Assembly: GCF_963921235.1 (NCBI RefSeq)
Contig: NC_086123.1
Span: 4,588,001 to 4,652,000 of the forward strand
From: Mobula hypostoma
Taxonomy: Eukaryota
Direction: 5' to 3'
DNA length: 64,000 nt
In this document: positions 52,899 through 64,000 of the stretch, piece by piece
How positions within the stretch are numbered: position 1 is the first letter of the stretch
Layout of the letters: every line of letters starts with the position of its first letter
Program-made: the position numbers and the translations under genes
Notes under the pieces: model-generated
Told to the model about the DNA's origin: nothing
Database searches by the model: none
Seen by the model: the letters and a program-made list of their open reading frames with translations, nothing else

Positions 52899-53005
52899 AT
52901 GATCAATGTGTGTACAATTTCTAATTCCAAAGGCAATTGTATAAACATCAAACTTGTCATCATCAAATGGTAACTCTTCAGCGTTTCCCACCACCCAGGA
53001 CAAAC
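52899..53005 (-). CDS. COQ5: COQ5 exon 4
   Basis: [36 protein letters not shown], the UbiE/COQ5 signature. Donor CAT|gtaagt, 107 nt. Confidence 0.95.
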
Positions 53006-54341
53006 CTGCCAGGAATAAACCAGTACGAACATTCAGATACAGTATCCTATAATCTTCTTACTCAAAAAGTACTCCTTCCAACTAATTTTCCTCACAACCA
53101 ACTCTCAATGATGTTTGTATGGGCAAAGAGTAACAGCTGGACTAAGTTTATCTCAGGAGAATTATATCACCAGGACAAAGATACTGGAAAACAGTCAGAA
53201 CTTGAGCTTTTTCGGGGAAACGTCTAAACATTGTAAAAATTGATTCAGCATGCAATACAAGGAATCTTTAGTGAAGCAGCTTTAAAACATTCCAATCAAT
53301 TTCACAAGCATCCACTGAAGTACATACTTACAATCTAATATAAATTGTAATCCAAGATCTTTCTCAACAAGAATCCACCTTTAATGCATATTTCATGAAG
53401 TAACCAGACAAGGACTTACCAAACAAGGGGAGATACAATGAAGGATGGTGAGAAGCCTGGTTAGAGAATGTCTTAGAAATGAGCAGGAAAATGAGACATA
53501 GACAACATGGAAAGAGGCTTTGTCGGAGCTAAATATTAATGCTTTTAATGATTAAAGAGACCAGAAATCGGAGGAACAGAACGCAGAGTGGAAAAGGCCA
53601 TATGGGATTACAGAAGTGTGAGGACATGGCTGCATTCAATTGGCAGAACTTTTAATTGTAGGTAATATATGGCACCAATGTAGGTCAGCAAGGAGAGCAG
53701 TGATTTACAAGTGGATCTTGCCTGGCATAAGAATTTTATGAGACAGTGGAAAGACTTGGAAACAAGGACACGAATTTTAAAATGAAGTCTTTGCTGGACT
53801 GGGTGCAACACAGGGGAATTTGGACAGAGTCTGGATATCTGGATATGGGCAGCAGGATTTTAAATTATTTGAAGTCCATGGAGGTGAGTGACCGTACAGG
53901 ACTGTATAGGAATGGTCAGGTCTGAAGGATGTAAAGGCATATGTGAGGGTTTCAGAAGAAGTGAAGCTGAGGAATGGGGAGAGAACAGCAACATAACTGA
54001 AGCATAAACAACAATGTTACTGATGGGACAAATGGAAGCTCATCTCCAGAAAGCTTAATAAATCCAATCATCACAAAACAAACAGGCCTTTGACGAAGTA
54101 GCCTGATCAGATACAACTTGTTAGGTACTGCAGTACCTGATGATAGAGTACAAAAATATAGTTGTGGCCCAGAAATCGATCCCTCTCTTAGCTCCAACCA
54201 CTCCCTAATGTAGCTTTCTCCATTATTGGTGTATTTGCTCATACTCTAAAACAGGAACTGAGCACTTGCACAATGAACTACATGATCCTTCTGGATTCTC
54301 AAACAGAATTAATATTCAAGCTTTCAATCTCTCTCAATCTA

Positions 54342-54663
54342 CAGTATCGGGGTAATTACCGTCTATCACCCACCAGTATTGGGGTAATTACCATCTATCG
54401 CCCACCAGTATCGGGGTAATTATCATCTATCGCCCACCAGTATCGGAGTAATTACCATCTATCACCACCAGTATCGGGGTAATTACCATCTATTGCCCAC
54501 CAGTATTGGGGTAATTACCATCTATCACCCACCAGTATTGGGGTAATTACCATCTATTGCCCACCAGTATTGGGGTAATTACCATCTATCGCCCACCAGT
54601 ATCGGGGTAATTACCATCTATCACCCACCAGTATTGGGGTAATTACCATCTATCACCCACCAG
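54342..54663. repeat. Minisatellite, 32-bp unit x ~10
   Basis: cagtat(c/t)ggggtaattaccatctat(c/t)(a/g)cccac repeated head to tail without spacers, running into a Penelope-like terminal remnant. Confidence 0.95.
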
Positions 54664-55120
54664 GTCTTGCTCCACCACCCCTCCACCTTTTTTTATACTG
54701 GCCAACCCCCTCTTTCTTTCCAATCCTGATGAAAGCTCTCAAACTGAAACATTGACTGCCCATTTACTTCCATAGATGTGCCTGACACATCGAGTCCACC
54801 AGGGTCTGTATGTTGCTGGGATAATTCAAAGTTTAAAGTACATTTATTATCAAAGTAGGTAAACATTATACAACCTTGAGATTCGTCTCCTCACAGGCAG
54901 CCACAAAACAAAGAAACCCAAAAACACCCATTAAAAAAAAGACTGACAAACATGCAATGTGCAGAGAAAAAAATTTGTGCAAACAACGAACGAGAAAATC
55001 TGCAGATGCTGGAAATCCAAAGCAACACCCACAAGGTGCTAGAGGAACTCAGCAGCCCAGGCAGCATCTATGGAAATGAATAAACAATTGATGTTTTGGG
55101 CCGAGACCTTTCATCAACAA
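54664..55120. mobile_element. Two oppositely oriented Penelope-like terminal remnants with hammerhead motifs
   Basis: Plus arm has ctgatga...gaaacattgactg (54721-54758). Minus arm has ttgatgaaaggtctcggcccaaaacatcaattg (~55085-55120). Confidence 0.7.
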
Positions 55121-55194
55121 TTTGTTGATGTTCCCATTTGCTTTTACCTTCCCATCCATTGAGAGGAAATAAATTAGATTTAAATGTACATTAC

Positions 55195-55422
55195 CTTCAG
55201 AATAGTTCAACTGTTCTGCCTTTTGTTTTCCAACCTTTAACATTTCCTTATTAATATCACAGATTACTGCTTTGGATTCTAAATCTGAGTCAGCTTCATC
55301 TTGCTGTTGATAAGCATCACTGATTTGTTGCCATGAAGGACTCTGATAAAGTTTCACTGCTTGCCTTCTTCGCCTTTCCTGCTGCGATTTTACATAATCC
55401 ATAAACCTGAAGGCAATATCTC
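55195..55422 (-). CDS. COQ5: COQ5 exon 3
   Basis: GDIAFRFMDYVKSQQERRRRQ...KAVICDINKEMLKVGKQKAEQLNYSE, with post-motif-I CDIN. 228 nt, phase preserved. Confidence 0.95.
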
Positions 55423-57949
55423 CTGAAGAAATAAAAAGCATTTTTCATTCTTTTGTAACCCTCCCAGTGTTTTAGCTGTAAAGCAGACTCTCCTCTGAGG
55501 GAGAGCCTTGCAAACCAAGGAAATCCCAGACATAAACCTCCAATCATGTAGCATTAAATAATCTGCATCACAGTGATAAGGGCACAAGAAAGTAACTGGA
55601 TTGGGAGCACGGTGACAAGTGAGATAATACATTAAGTATCAGCCATTCCTAAATGCTGTCAAACATTGCTTACTGAGTCAGTGTGCTTTCAGCAGAGAAT
55701 ACTGACGGGTTCATCTGTGATGTTTGCTGAACATAAGGGGTTGACCCACTTTAAAGGTAGTCAGCCCATCAGGTTAATCTAATTACCCAAATAGAGTTTT
55801 AAAATTCACAATATATTTTACTCAGGACGACAATGCGATAGTTTCCTACATCTGTACAATTTAAAGCCAAATATCACCCGGCAACCAGTTAAACAACTGT
55901 CAACTCCTTAAGAATATAAAGTATAATAAGTACATAAAGTATTAATCAAACCCAATCTAAACTTGCATGATATTTTCACCTAACAATATTCACATTGTAA
56001 CATAACAGTTTCTCTTCCTACTATGCTGGCTCTTGTCCAGAAGCTCAGCTTTCCCCAATACCTCACAATCCTTCACAAGGACCTAGAGAATGCCAGGAAA
56101 TTTCTTACCTCGATGACATTCAACAATAAAAATAACTGAAAGCCTGGTCAAACAGCTTCAAAGTAGACTATAAAGCACAAGAATGAAGTTACTGTTACAG
56201 GAAAACATCAGTGCTAACTTCAATAAATCTACCCTGATGTTCGCTGGAGAAAATTGGAACAATTATAGAGGAGCCATTGCTGCTCTCAGTTGACAGTTGT
56301 GTATCTGTACTGGGGGAGTAAAAGGAGGAAAATAATTTACCCCTTTGCCTTAATCAGAGATCCTCGCTAAAAGTGTACGTATACCTCAGAAGAAAGCATG
56401 GTAAAGCTCAGAAAGCTATACTGTACAGTTTAAATATACGGAAATATTACTAATTTAACAAGACCCTGGAGAGAAGAATAATTACAAAATCATACAAGAG
56501 AAATGAAATTAACAGCAAGAGGAGGAATCAAAAGAAATATACTTTCCAGCATTCAAGCAATGAAGTAACATGCATTCCCTCTGAAGTAAAATAATACTGT
56601 CGGCAGTTTTAGAATGAGTGGAATCAAAAAGCTGACGATATACATTACATTGCATGCACTTTCTAACAAAGCATGGATTTCCCCATGTTGCTGTTTCTTC
56701 CAACATCTCGAGGATGTACTCGATAGTTAATCAAGCTTAATGTAGGTTATGGGCGAAAAGAAACAAATGGGGAGTTGTTCGAAAGCTGAAAAAGAATAAT
56801 TCAGGGTAAGGGTAGAGGGAAATGAGAGGATTATGGGACAAATGATTGTTTCCCTGTCAGCAGCCATGGACCTGATAAGCCAAATATTTGTCTTCTTTGT
56901 TCCTATAAATACAAAATACACGTGGGCATGTTACACGGCACAATGTAATGTAATTTTATCAATGAAAACGGCAGCAGTAGACTAAACAAAAAAGCGTAGA
57001 AGTATAATGTGGAGTATCTGAAATACAGACTTATACCAGCATCAAGCAACCAACAGCAGCCAATGTGTCTGTTTGTTTGTTTGTTTTTTTTTACAAATGA
57101 GGCAATGAAACCATCCAGGCTCCTTGAACATTTGAAGAGAACATACTCCGATAAAGAAAACAAGAACCTGGCTTATTTTCAGTCACTTTGTGAAAACTTT
57201 CACAAATAGAAAACATTTCAAAAGATGTTTGCCAGCACTTCACGACTAAACAGTGTTGCCTGCTTGCTTCATACAACATCACATGGCTCACTGCTACATC
57301 TGGAAAGTCCCATACACTGGGAGAAGAACCGATTCTGCCGGCAGTAACAAAGGTCTCAAGAATGATTTTGCCTAAGTCACCAGACCTAATAATTAAAGCA
57401 ATTCCACTTAGCAACAACTGTTCGAAGTCGAATAGATGAAATGTTTGAGAATGTTGAAGACAATTGTGTAACACACTTAGGACAGAAGAATTTGCTCTGC
57501 AGTTTTGTTTAGAGATACAGCACAGGTTAGGCCCTTTCAGCCCCACGAGCTGCACAGTCCAGCAGCCCCAGTGTAACCTGTCTTGAGGTTAAACTGACAA
57601 TTATGGGACAATTTACAATGACCAATTACCCTACTAAGTGGTATGTCCTTGGACTGCGGGAGGACCTGGAGAAAACCCACACATTTAACAGGGAGGACGT
57701 ACAGACTCCTTACAAATGATGTGAGAATTGAACTCTGACACCTCAAGCTGTGTCACACTACCTGCCAGGAAACAAATCTTTGCTTTGTGGTTTATGTTTG
57801 CTTCACAAAAGGTGAAAGCAAGTTTCAAGAGTAGTTATTTGCAAGGGAAATAGAAATAGATACGAAGGGGGAGTCAATATTTCAGGTTGCTGAGAAATTT
57901 TTCCAAACAGAGACATTCCTTTCACCAACATTCTTCCTCGTGTAACAGA

Positions 57950-58058
57950 TAGGGCACAATCAATGACAGGACACCAGACAGGACAACAGGTAGGGCACTA
58001 TCAATGACAGGACACCAGACAGGACAACAGGTAGGGCACTATCAATGACAGGACACCA
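57950..58058. repeat. 41-bp tandem repeat (~2.7 copies) within the transposase relic
   Basis: tagggcac(a/t)atcaatgacaggacaccagacaggacaacagg starts at 57950, 57991 and 58032. Confidence 0.9.
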
Positions 58059-58200
58059 CCTCAGGGATTTTACTTTCTTGAAAAAAGCTGTACCTAATAT
58101 ACTTACCATTCACTGTGTGATTCACAGACAACATTTTGTCACAAGAAGTCTAAGTGACCAGCTGCAAAAATCATTAAATACTGTTATCACAGCAGTAAAT

Positions 58201-58857
58201 GAGAAGATAGCGGCGCGATAGCAGTGTGTGCGGCCTCTCCGGTGAATGATATCTGTTATCTGTCAAGTAGGGGACCGTGCACAATTCTGATTTGATGGAG
58301 ACAGACGTGAGAGTACGGAGGAACATCTGTGGAAAACTTCTGAAATGCCCGCTTCACTGCTGCTGCCACTGTGTGGTAACCAGAATCTCTGGAGCAGAAA
58401 GCCCCAAAATCCTCGGCTTTGCGTATTTCGGCAGCTGGGGAGAGGATGAAGGCGCTCAGTAGGCTGTATTGGAGGGGCTGGTCGGAGGCTTGAAGTTTTC
58501 GGATGGATGTACTCAGTGTCCGCTGCTTCCAAGACATCGGCAAGTTGACGGTGCCTGAAGGTTTATGGCAGGGAGTTTCTCCCTTTTGCTGCCTGCCATC
58601 GGGGACTCAGGAGTCAATCGACTCGGGGACTTTTGAGACTTTTTTTTTTACAGTGCCCATGGTTTGTTCTTTATTAAATTATGGTATTGCTTTGCACTGC
58701 TGTAACTATACGTTATAATTATGTGGTTCTGTCAGAGTTAGTCTTTGGTTTGTCCTGTTTTCTGTGATATCACTCCGGAGAAACATTGTATCATTTCTTA
58801 ATGCATGTATGCATTTTTAAATGACGATAAAAGAGGACTGAGTGTTCTCATAATCTA
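58201..58857 (+). mobile_element. Apparently full-length non-autonomous retroposon inserted in the Charlie transposase
   Basis: Interrupts AVN|KIKSHALN of the transposase. Starts gagaagatagcggcgcg. Same family as 13230-13822. Confidence 0.85.
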
Positions 58858-59838
58858 AAAAAAGTAAAATCAAGTCCCATGCTCTCAATCTTTGACTATT
58901 TCAAGAGCTTTGTACTGAGAGCGATAAACAGTTTGAATGCTTGCTGTTACACACACAAGTCAGATCGCTCTCAAAAGGAAACCGCCTGAGATGCTTTTAT
59001 GAACATTTTGAAACTATGATAAGATCCCTTGAAGACTCAAATGCTTCATTTGGTAATCAACTCAAGAATATTAGGCATGACATTGATTATTTGCAAAGTT
59101 TAATAAAAATCAATCTTCAATTGCAAGGAATTTATGTGAATCTTTTCAAAGTCAAATCAGTTGTCTCGACATTTTTGTCCAAGTTATTTCTACTTAAATG
59201 CAACATTGGCCGTTGCGACCTTTTCCAGTTTCTGAGCTTCTCTGAATTGGAAGAGAAAGAAAGAATACCAGATGATGGTCATCAAGTACACTGTGCCCAG
59301 CTGGGTGAGCTGCAGGACATGTCAGAGAGACTTCAGGATCTTCTCCTGATCCAAATTCCAAATTGGGTAATAAATCCATTCCAGAACTCTTGTAGTGAGG
59401 AATTAATAGGAAGGATGGCGGAAGAACTGCTCTCGCTACAAAATGACTTTGAGCTGAAGCAGAGGTTCAAAAATTCATATCATTTGGTTACAGAAAGAAA
59501 TCTCTGAATGCTCTCCTACAGAGTGGAAAAAGATGCTCTTCATTGTCTTTCCAACATCGTAGTTAGTGGGGCACGGTTTCAGTGGAGTCACCCAAGTTCT
59601 TTCAAAGCAACGAATCAGACTGCAAATTACTGAGCATGGGGATCTGAGACTCCTTCTGAGTGATATTCAGTCTGATGTTGAGAAACTGCACCAAGCCCGC
59701 CCATCTCAGTGAAAGGTAAAAGGCAATGAAGTAGTGAATAAACACGAGGAAGTCTGCAGATGCTGGAAACCCAAAGCAACACACATAAAATGCTGAAGAA
59801 ACTCAGCAAGTCAGGCAGCTTCTATGGAAATGAATTGA

Positions 59839-59876
59839 CAGTCAACGTTTCAGGCTGAGACCCTTCTTCAAGACTG
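59839..59876 (-). ncRNA. Minimal type-I hammerhead ribozyme motif (Penelope-associated), near-intact
   Basis: Minus strand CAGUC-UUGAAGA-AGG(GUCUCAG)CCU-GAA-ACGU-U-GACUG: stem I 5 bp, stem II 3 bp, palindromic ACGU in place of stem III, and C3 replaced by U. Activity unknown. Confidence 0.6.
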
Positions 59877-60550
59877 GAAATGAAGGAAGAAGACACCAGT
59901 AGTAAATATTGGACTACTAATGTACTCTCTAAAATTGTTGATGAAAATTGCTTTTACTGTAAATAAATAAAAAATAATTTGATTTCTAGCATTAAATAGA
60001 TTTGAATAACTTTTGTCACCACTTCGAATTTGCATTTCCTTTTCTCTTTCACCGTGCTTCGTAAATCAAAATTCCTTGCAGATTTTAAGTCATGGGAGGG
60101 GGATAGAACACTGGGAATGGAGTCTGGGAACCAAGGGGCTGGTAATATATAAAAAAATTAGGGAATAACTGGTATAAATAATATGGGTTGACACTTAAAA
60201 AAAAATTGGTCAAGTAGTTATTTCTCAACCGTACCCATTTAGCCCTTTATTTCAAATTTTATTACAAATCACATTCAACTGATAACCAGTTCCTCTCTGA
60301 ATGTAAAATAATGGAAAATTACTTTCTCTCACTGACTAGGCTACTCGATACCCTTTAAAAGCAAGATAACCATCATACAGTAAAGGGTGGCAATATTTTC
60401 CTTGCTTGTTTATAACTTAATGTCCAAGATTTTTTTAAAGAGACAAAAGGGTGATAGGAGCTGGGAGGAAAGCAATCACTTCAAGACTCATAGAATATTC
60501 AGATTATATTAACAGTACAGGAAAATTCTGCTAAGTTCTGAGTAATTTAC

Positions 60551-60700
60551 CTGTCCCTCCAGCGACATCGAGTAATTTTGTTCCAGGCAGAGGGTTCATT
60601 TTATGAAGAAGTGCATCTTTCCACAACCTGTGGATGCCAAAGCTCATGGCGTCGTTCATTACATCATATTTCTCAGCAACATTTTTAAACACTTTGTAAA
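60551..60700 (-). CDS. COQ5: COQ5 exon 2
   Basis: [50 protein letters not shown](G), with the UbiE signature and SAM-binding motif I. 150 nt. Confidence 0.97.
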
Positions 60701-62579
60701 CTGTGAATAAAATAAATGTTATAATTGTAACTGGATTAGACTGGTTTTAAGTACTTTTGAGGTTAAATTAAACTTGCATTTATATCCAAAATGCTGAGTG
60801 GGCACATTACTTTGGCGCAGTGGTTGTGTTGTCAAAATTGGGAGCTGTTATACACAACATTACATTTACATGTACTAATCCATATACTGTATACCTATGA
60901 ATTACATAATTGGTCAAAAATTATTTCACCGATGAAGTTAGGAATGGAAAACAGGCCACCAGATTCCTTGTCCATTGTGAGGCAATTTTAACATCCTCAC
61001 AAATCTCCAGTAAAGGTAAACTAGTATCTCCATCACGCTGGTCAGACATAATTTGCATTTACAAATCTGTGTCTTACATATCATTTAATAATCTTTGTAT
61101 GTGCAAACAATAAACTTTGCTTTTGATTAGAATGTTAGGCTGACAGGCAAATGTCTGAATTTTCCCTTCATTAAAAAAAACAAGTGTATTTGCATTCTTC
61201 CAGCCTTCTGGCACTACTCCAACATTCCTGACAGATTGAAAGATTTTGGTGAAGTTGTCAATATTTTCCCACGATTCTTAGAAACCAATGATACCTGCAT
61301 GGTAATAGTTCAATCTAATTTCTTTACTGCAAAGTGCAGAATTTTGCACAAATCATATTGTTGCCATGGCGCCTGTCTCACTCGGCTGATTTGATTTTCT
61401 GGTTTTTCTCTGACCCCCACTTTCTTTTCAGTGTTCTTATTTTATAAATTCTACCAGATTTCATTCTTTTTTTCTAATCATCTGACCATCTTTACTCAGA
61501 TTTTCTTCTGTCTTCATTTTTTCCAGGTTTCAAGTTTACTTTGATTGTAACTTTATATTCATCATCAATTTCCATTTTATTCCTGTACTACCGTCATCTC
61601 GGGCCTTTAACCTTGGATCCCCATCCTTATCAACGGGAATCCACCACAAACCACCACTACTCTGAAGGACTCTTGCTGCTGGTTATTGACAGAATTTAAA
61701 TCCACTTGGTTCTGATGCCTTTTCACTAACATTAAACACTTTTAATTAGTTATTCAACCCTTTCAATAGTTATTTTAATTTCTATAACTTCATGCTTTTC
61801 TTCAGAGATGTGTGAAGGGGAAGAGGAAAGGATTCATTGATTTAACACGATTCTCCAACTAAGTAAAAAGGCTAATCAAACTTTGGTTACAGCAAAGACT
61901 TTGCTAACATCATAAGTGACATCTGGACATAACTTTTAAAAATGATTAGAATTGCTCTGCTACTTGCCAAATACATAGCTTTGTGTTAAAAGTTGTTTTC
62001 AAATTCCACCATCTGCAAACATTCACCCCACTTTACCAAGGTTACACACAAGGGTACCTGCTCATAGACTACTCTTAGAAAGCTTAAGTCATCTTCTGGA
62101 ACTGATGATTTGTACATTGACACTGCAAAATTACAAAAAAAAAGGGGAGGTGAAGACCAAGAAAGTAGAGCAGTGAATTTCATAAGGGCCAATGTAACAG
62201 ACTGATGGTGAATACAATATAATCCCAACACAGTATGCCGTACAATGTCCTGTCTCTCCACGCACCCCTCCTCCCCCACCCAGCTTAAATCTATTTATCA
62301 GGTGATCTGGTCAGGATAAACCACCATGATAATCACATTTAAAACACTAAAGCTACCATTTCATCTGGAATAAAACTAATTTCTCTTCCTGTATCATCCT
62401 TTAGGGCTGTCGCTGAGCTACGCGGCACCACATTTGGGTACGTGTCTCGATCCAAAGCAAGCCTGTACAATAATCAGATAGACAGGTCTTATTTAATTAG
62501 ACCACCACCAACCCAAAACCATCACTTAAAGCAGCCTGGATCCTCCACCACTTCGATCAGCTGAAACTTGTAATAGACC

Positions 62580-63010
62580 TGTATTTGTCACCAGAAGTGA
62601 TTGAATTGTCTGAGCCTATAAATCAATGGTGTTCAGAAGGTTGAGAAGGAGAGCTCTTTGAAAACTACTGGATACTGAAAGGCCAGGAGAAATTGGACAT
62701 GGAGAGAACATTTCCATTAGTAGCAAAGTCTATGATGGGGGCACAGCCACACAATAAAGGGACGTCCCTTTAAAACTGAGGTGAGAAAGTATTTCTTCAA
62801 GCAGAGGGTGGGGAATCTGTGTAATTCTTTGCCACAGAGGGCTGTGGAGGCTAAGTCGTTGGGTGTATGTGAGGTAGAGATAGAAAGATTATTGATAAGA
62901 CAAGTTGGTTAAGGGTTACAGGACAAAAGTAGGAGAATGGGATCGAAAAAAAGTGATTGAGTAGCAGGGTAGACTCAATGGGCCAATTCTGCTCCTATAA
63001 TCCTATGGTC
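62580..63010 (+). mobile_element. CR1 LINE 3' end
   Basis: gggcacagccacacaataaagggacgtccctttaaaactgaggtgagaaagtatttcttc is the CR1 C-terminus, followed by a CR1 3' UTR. Confidence 0.8.
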
Positions 63011-63149
63011 CAATTGCTGCTGCTCGTTTTGACAACGGGCAGAATAGCCCAATTCTGCTCTTATACTTATCACAGTTTCCTTAAGAGAATACTCGTTACT
63101 ACCAGAGCCATGATGACATGGGAGGGCTGGAGACGACAGCACAGACTCA

Positions 63150-63545
63150 AGTTACCTCCCGGCCTCAGGAACCTTCCCAGCGCAGCCCGAACCGCCCGCA
63201 CTCGCACTCGCACCTCTCCGTGCCTTCTCCGACTCGGGCACAGTCTCAAATCCGAAATGAGTTTGCTTTTGCTCGGCGCTGCCAGAGAGAGCTCTAACAG
63301 AAACACAGGGTGCAGACCTGGAGCTGTAAATGAGGCAACCCACCCGGCCCCGGGAGTCAGCGGCCAGCAACCGCAGTGACCTACGGGCGGCCATTTTGCT
63401 ATTGACCCCGTACGGGAGCCGAGCTCCACTTCCGGGGCAAGCGGCGACCGTCAGCAGTCACGTGAGGTTCCCCGCGCCCGCCCCTGTCCGGTTGCTATGG
63501 CAGCGTTAACTTGTGCGGGTAGGGGTGGTGGAGGTTGGCGGGGAG
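63150..63545. promoter_or_regulatory. COQ5 CpG-island promoter with YY1, ETS/GABP, E-box and RFX X-box motifs
   Basis: gccattttg 63390-63398 (YY1, overlapping the ATG), acttccgg 63428-63435, gtcacgtga 63457-63465, gttgctatggcagc 63491-63504. Confidence 0.8.
63214..63394 (-). CDS. COQ5: COQ5 exon 1 (mitochondrial transit peptide plus THFGF motif)
   Basis: MAARRSLRLLAADSRGRVGCLIYSSRSAPCVSVRALSGSAEQKQTHFGFETVPESEKARR. Donor GAG|gtgcga, 181 nt. The seven exons total 969 nt, i.e. 322 aa plus stop. Confidence 0.95.
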
Positions 63546-63794
63546 GAGGCTTGGAGTGGAAAGAGTAAGAAAAGAAAACAAAGGCAAACTCGGAGGAGTC
63601 AGGGGACGGTCAAAATAGGGCAGCGAAACGATGGAAAGACTTTCGGGGGTTGGAACCCGATTCATTTGACAAGGATAATCAAAGATTTTACGAAATGGAT
63701 CGCTATTAGTGATTTGTCGGGATAGTGGTCATCAAGGCAAAGTGATAAGATTAAATAAAACAGAGGGGAAAAAAGTACAATGCTCAATACCCAA

Positions 63795-64000
63795 ACAATG
63801 GACTAGAACTAGGGGACATTGCCTCAAGATTCAGGGGAGAAGATTTAGGACGGAGATGAGGAGAAACTGTTTTTCCCAGAGAGTGGTGAATCTGTGGAAT
63901 TCTCTGCCCAGGGAAGCAGTGGAGGCTTCTTCACTAAATATATTTTTAAGATACAGTTAGATAGGTTTTTACATAGTAGGAGAATTAAGGGTTATGGAGG
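63795..64000 (+). mobile_element. CR1 LINE 3' fragment (runs off the window)
   Basis: TRTRGHCLKIQGRRFRTEMRRNCFSQRVVNLWNSLPREAVEA. Confidence 0.9.

Larger units (their letters stand above)
56960..60171 (+). mobile_element. Decayed hAT/Charlie (ZBED5/ZBED8-like) DNA transposon in COQ5 intron 2
   Basis: EYLKY..QPMCL..TNEAMKPSRLLEHL (BED finger), SGKSHTLGEE.ILPA, IPLSNN, TDRA.SMTG, IHCVIHRQH, LLLHTQVRSLSKG, with many stops. The right end resembles a Charlie TIR (aaaattagggaataactg). Left end not located. Confidence 0.85.

Noticed and set aside
54342-54663. CRISPR-like array (32-bp repeat with internal palindrome)
   Set aside because: Units are contiguous with no unique spacers, there are no cas genes, and the context is a vertebrate intron. 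It is a minisatellite.
58941-59507. 188-aa ORF as a domesticated ZBED/SCAND3-like gene
   Set aside because: It is part of a transposase relic with stops, frameshifts and nested insertions, and the conserved RW motif is lost.
63513-64000. RNF10 first coding exon expected by synteny
   Set aside because: No recognisable RNF10 peptide, and the last ~200 bp is CR1.

Overview
Vertebrate genomic DNA, most likely a cartilaginous fish (ray/skate type, inferred from the repeat families only). It carries the conserved gene order SRSF9(-) / DYNLL1(+) / COQ5(-), the same as human 12q24.31. SRSF9 is represented only by its first coding exon (6941-7131) and CpG-island promoter; its later exons lie to the left of the window. 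DYNLL1 is complete (non-coding exon 1, CDS 36303-36434 + 39807-39944, 89 aa). COQ5 is complete in 7 coding exons (63394 down to 49363, 322 aa, all GT-AG). Most other sequence is transposon-derived: CR1 and Rex1/Babar LINE fragments (including a young CR1 nested in a Rex/Babar copy), two solo LTRs with 5-bp target-site duplications (TSDs), a decayed Charlie-type hAT transposon, mariner and hAT MITEs, minisatellites, and many Penelope-like terminal remnants. The most notable observations are: (i) the Penelope remnants carry minimal type-I hammerhead ribozyme motifs, one nearly intact and in sense orientation in a COQ5 intron; (ii) a ~3 kb ORF-free block next to the SRSF9 promoter looks like a fossil retroviral env; (iii) SRSF9 and DYNLL1 both show residues mixed between their human paralogs. 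I found no prokaryotic-type system such as CRISPR. Repeat boundaries are approximate unless TSDs are given.
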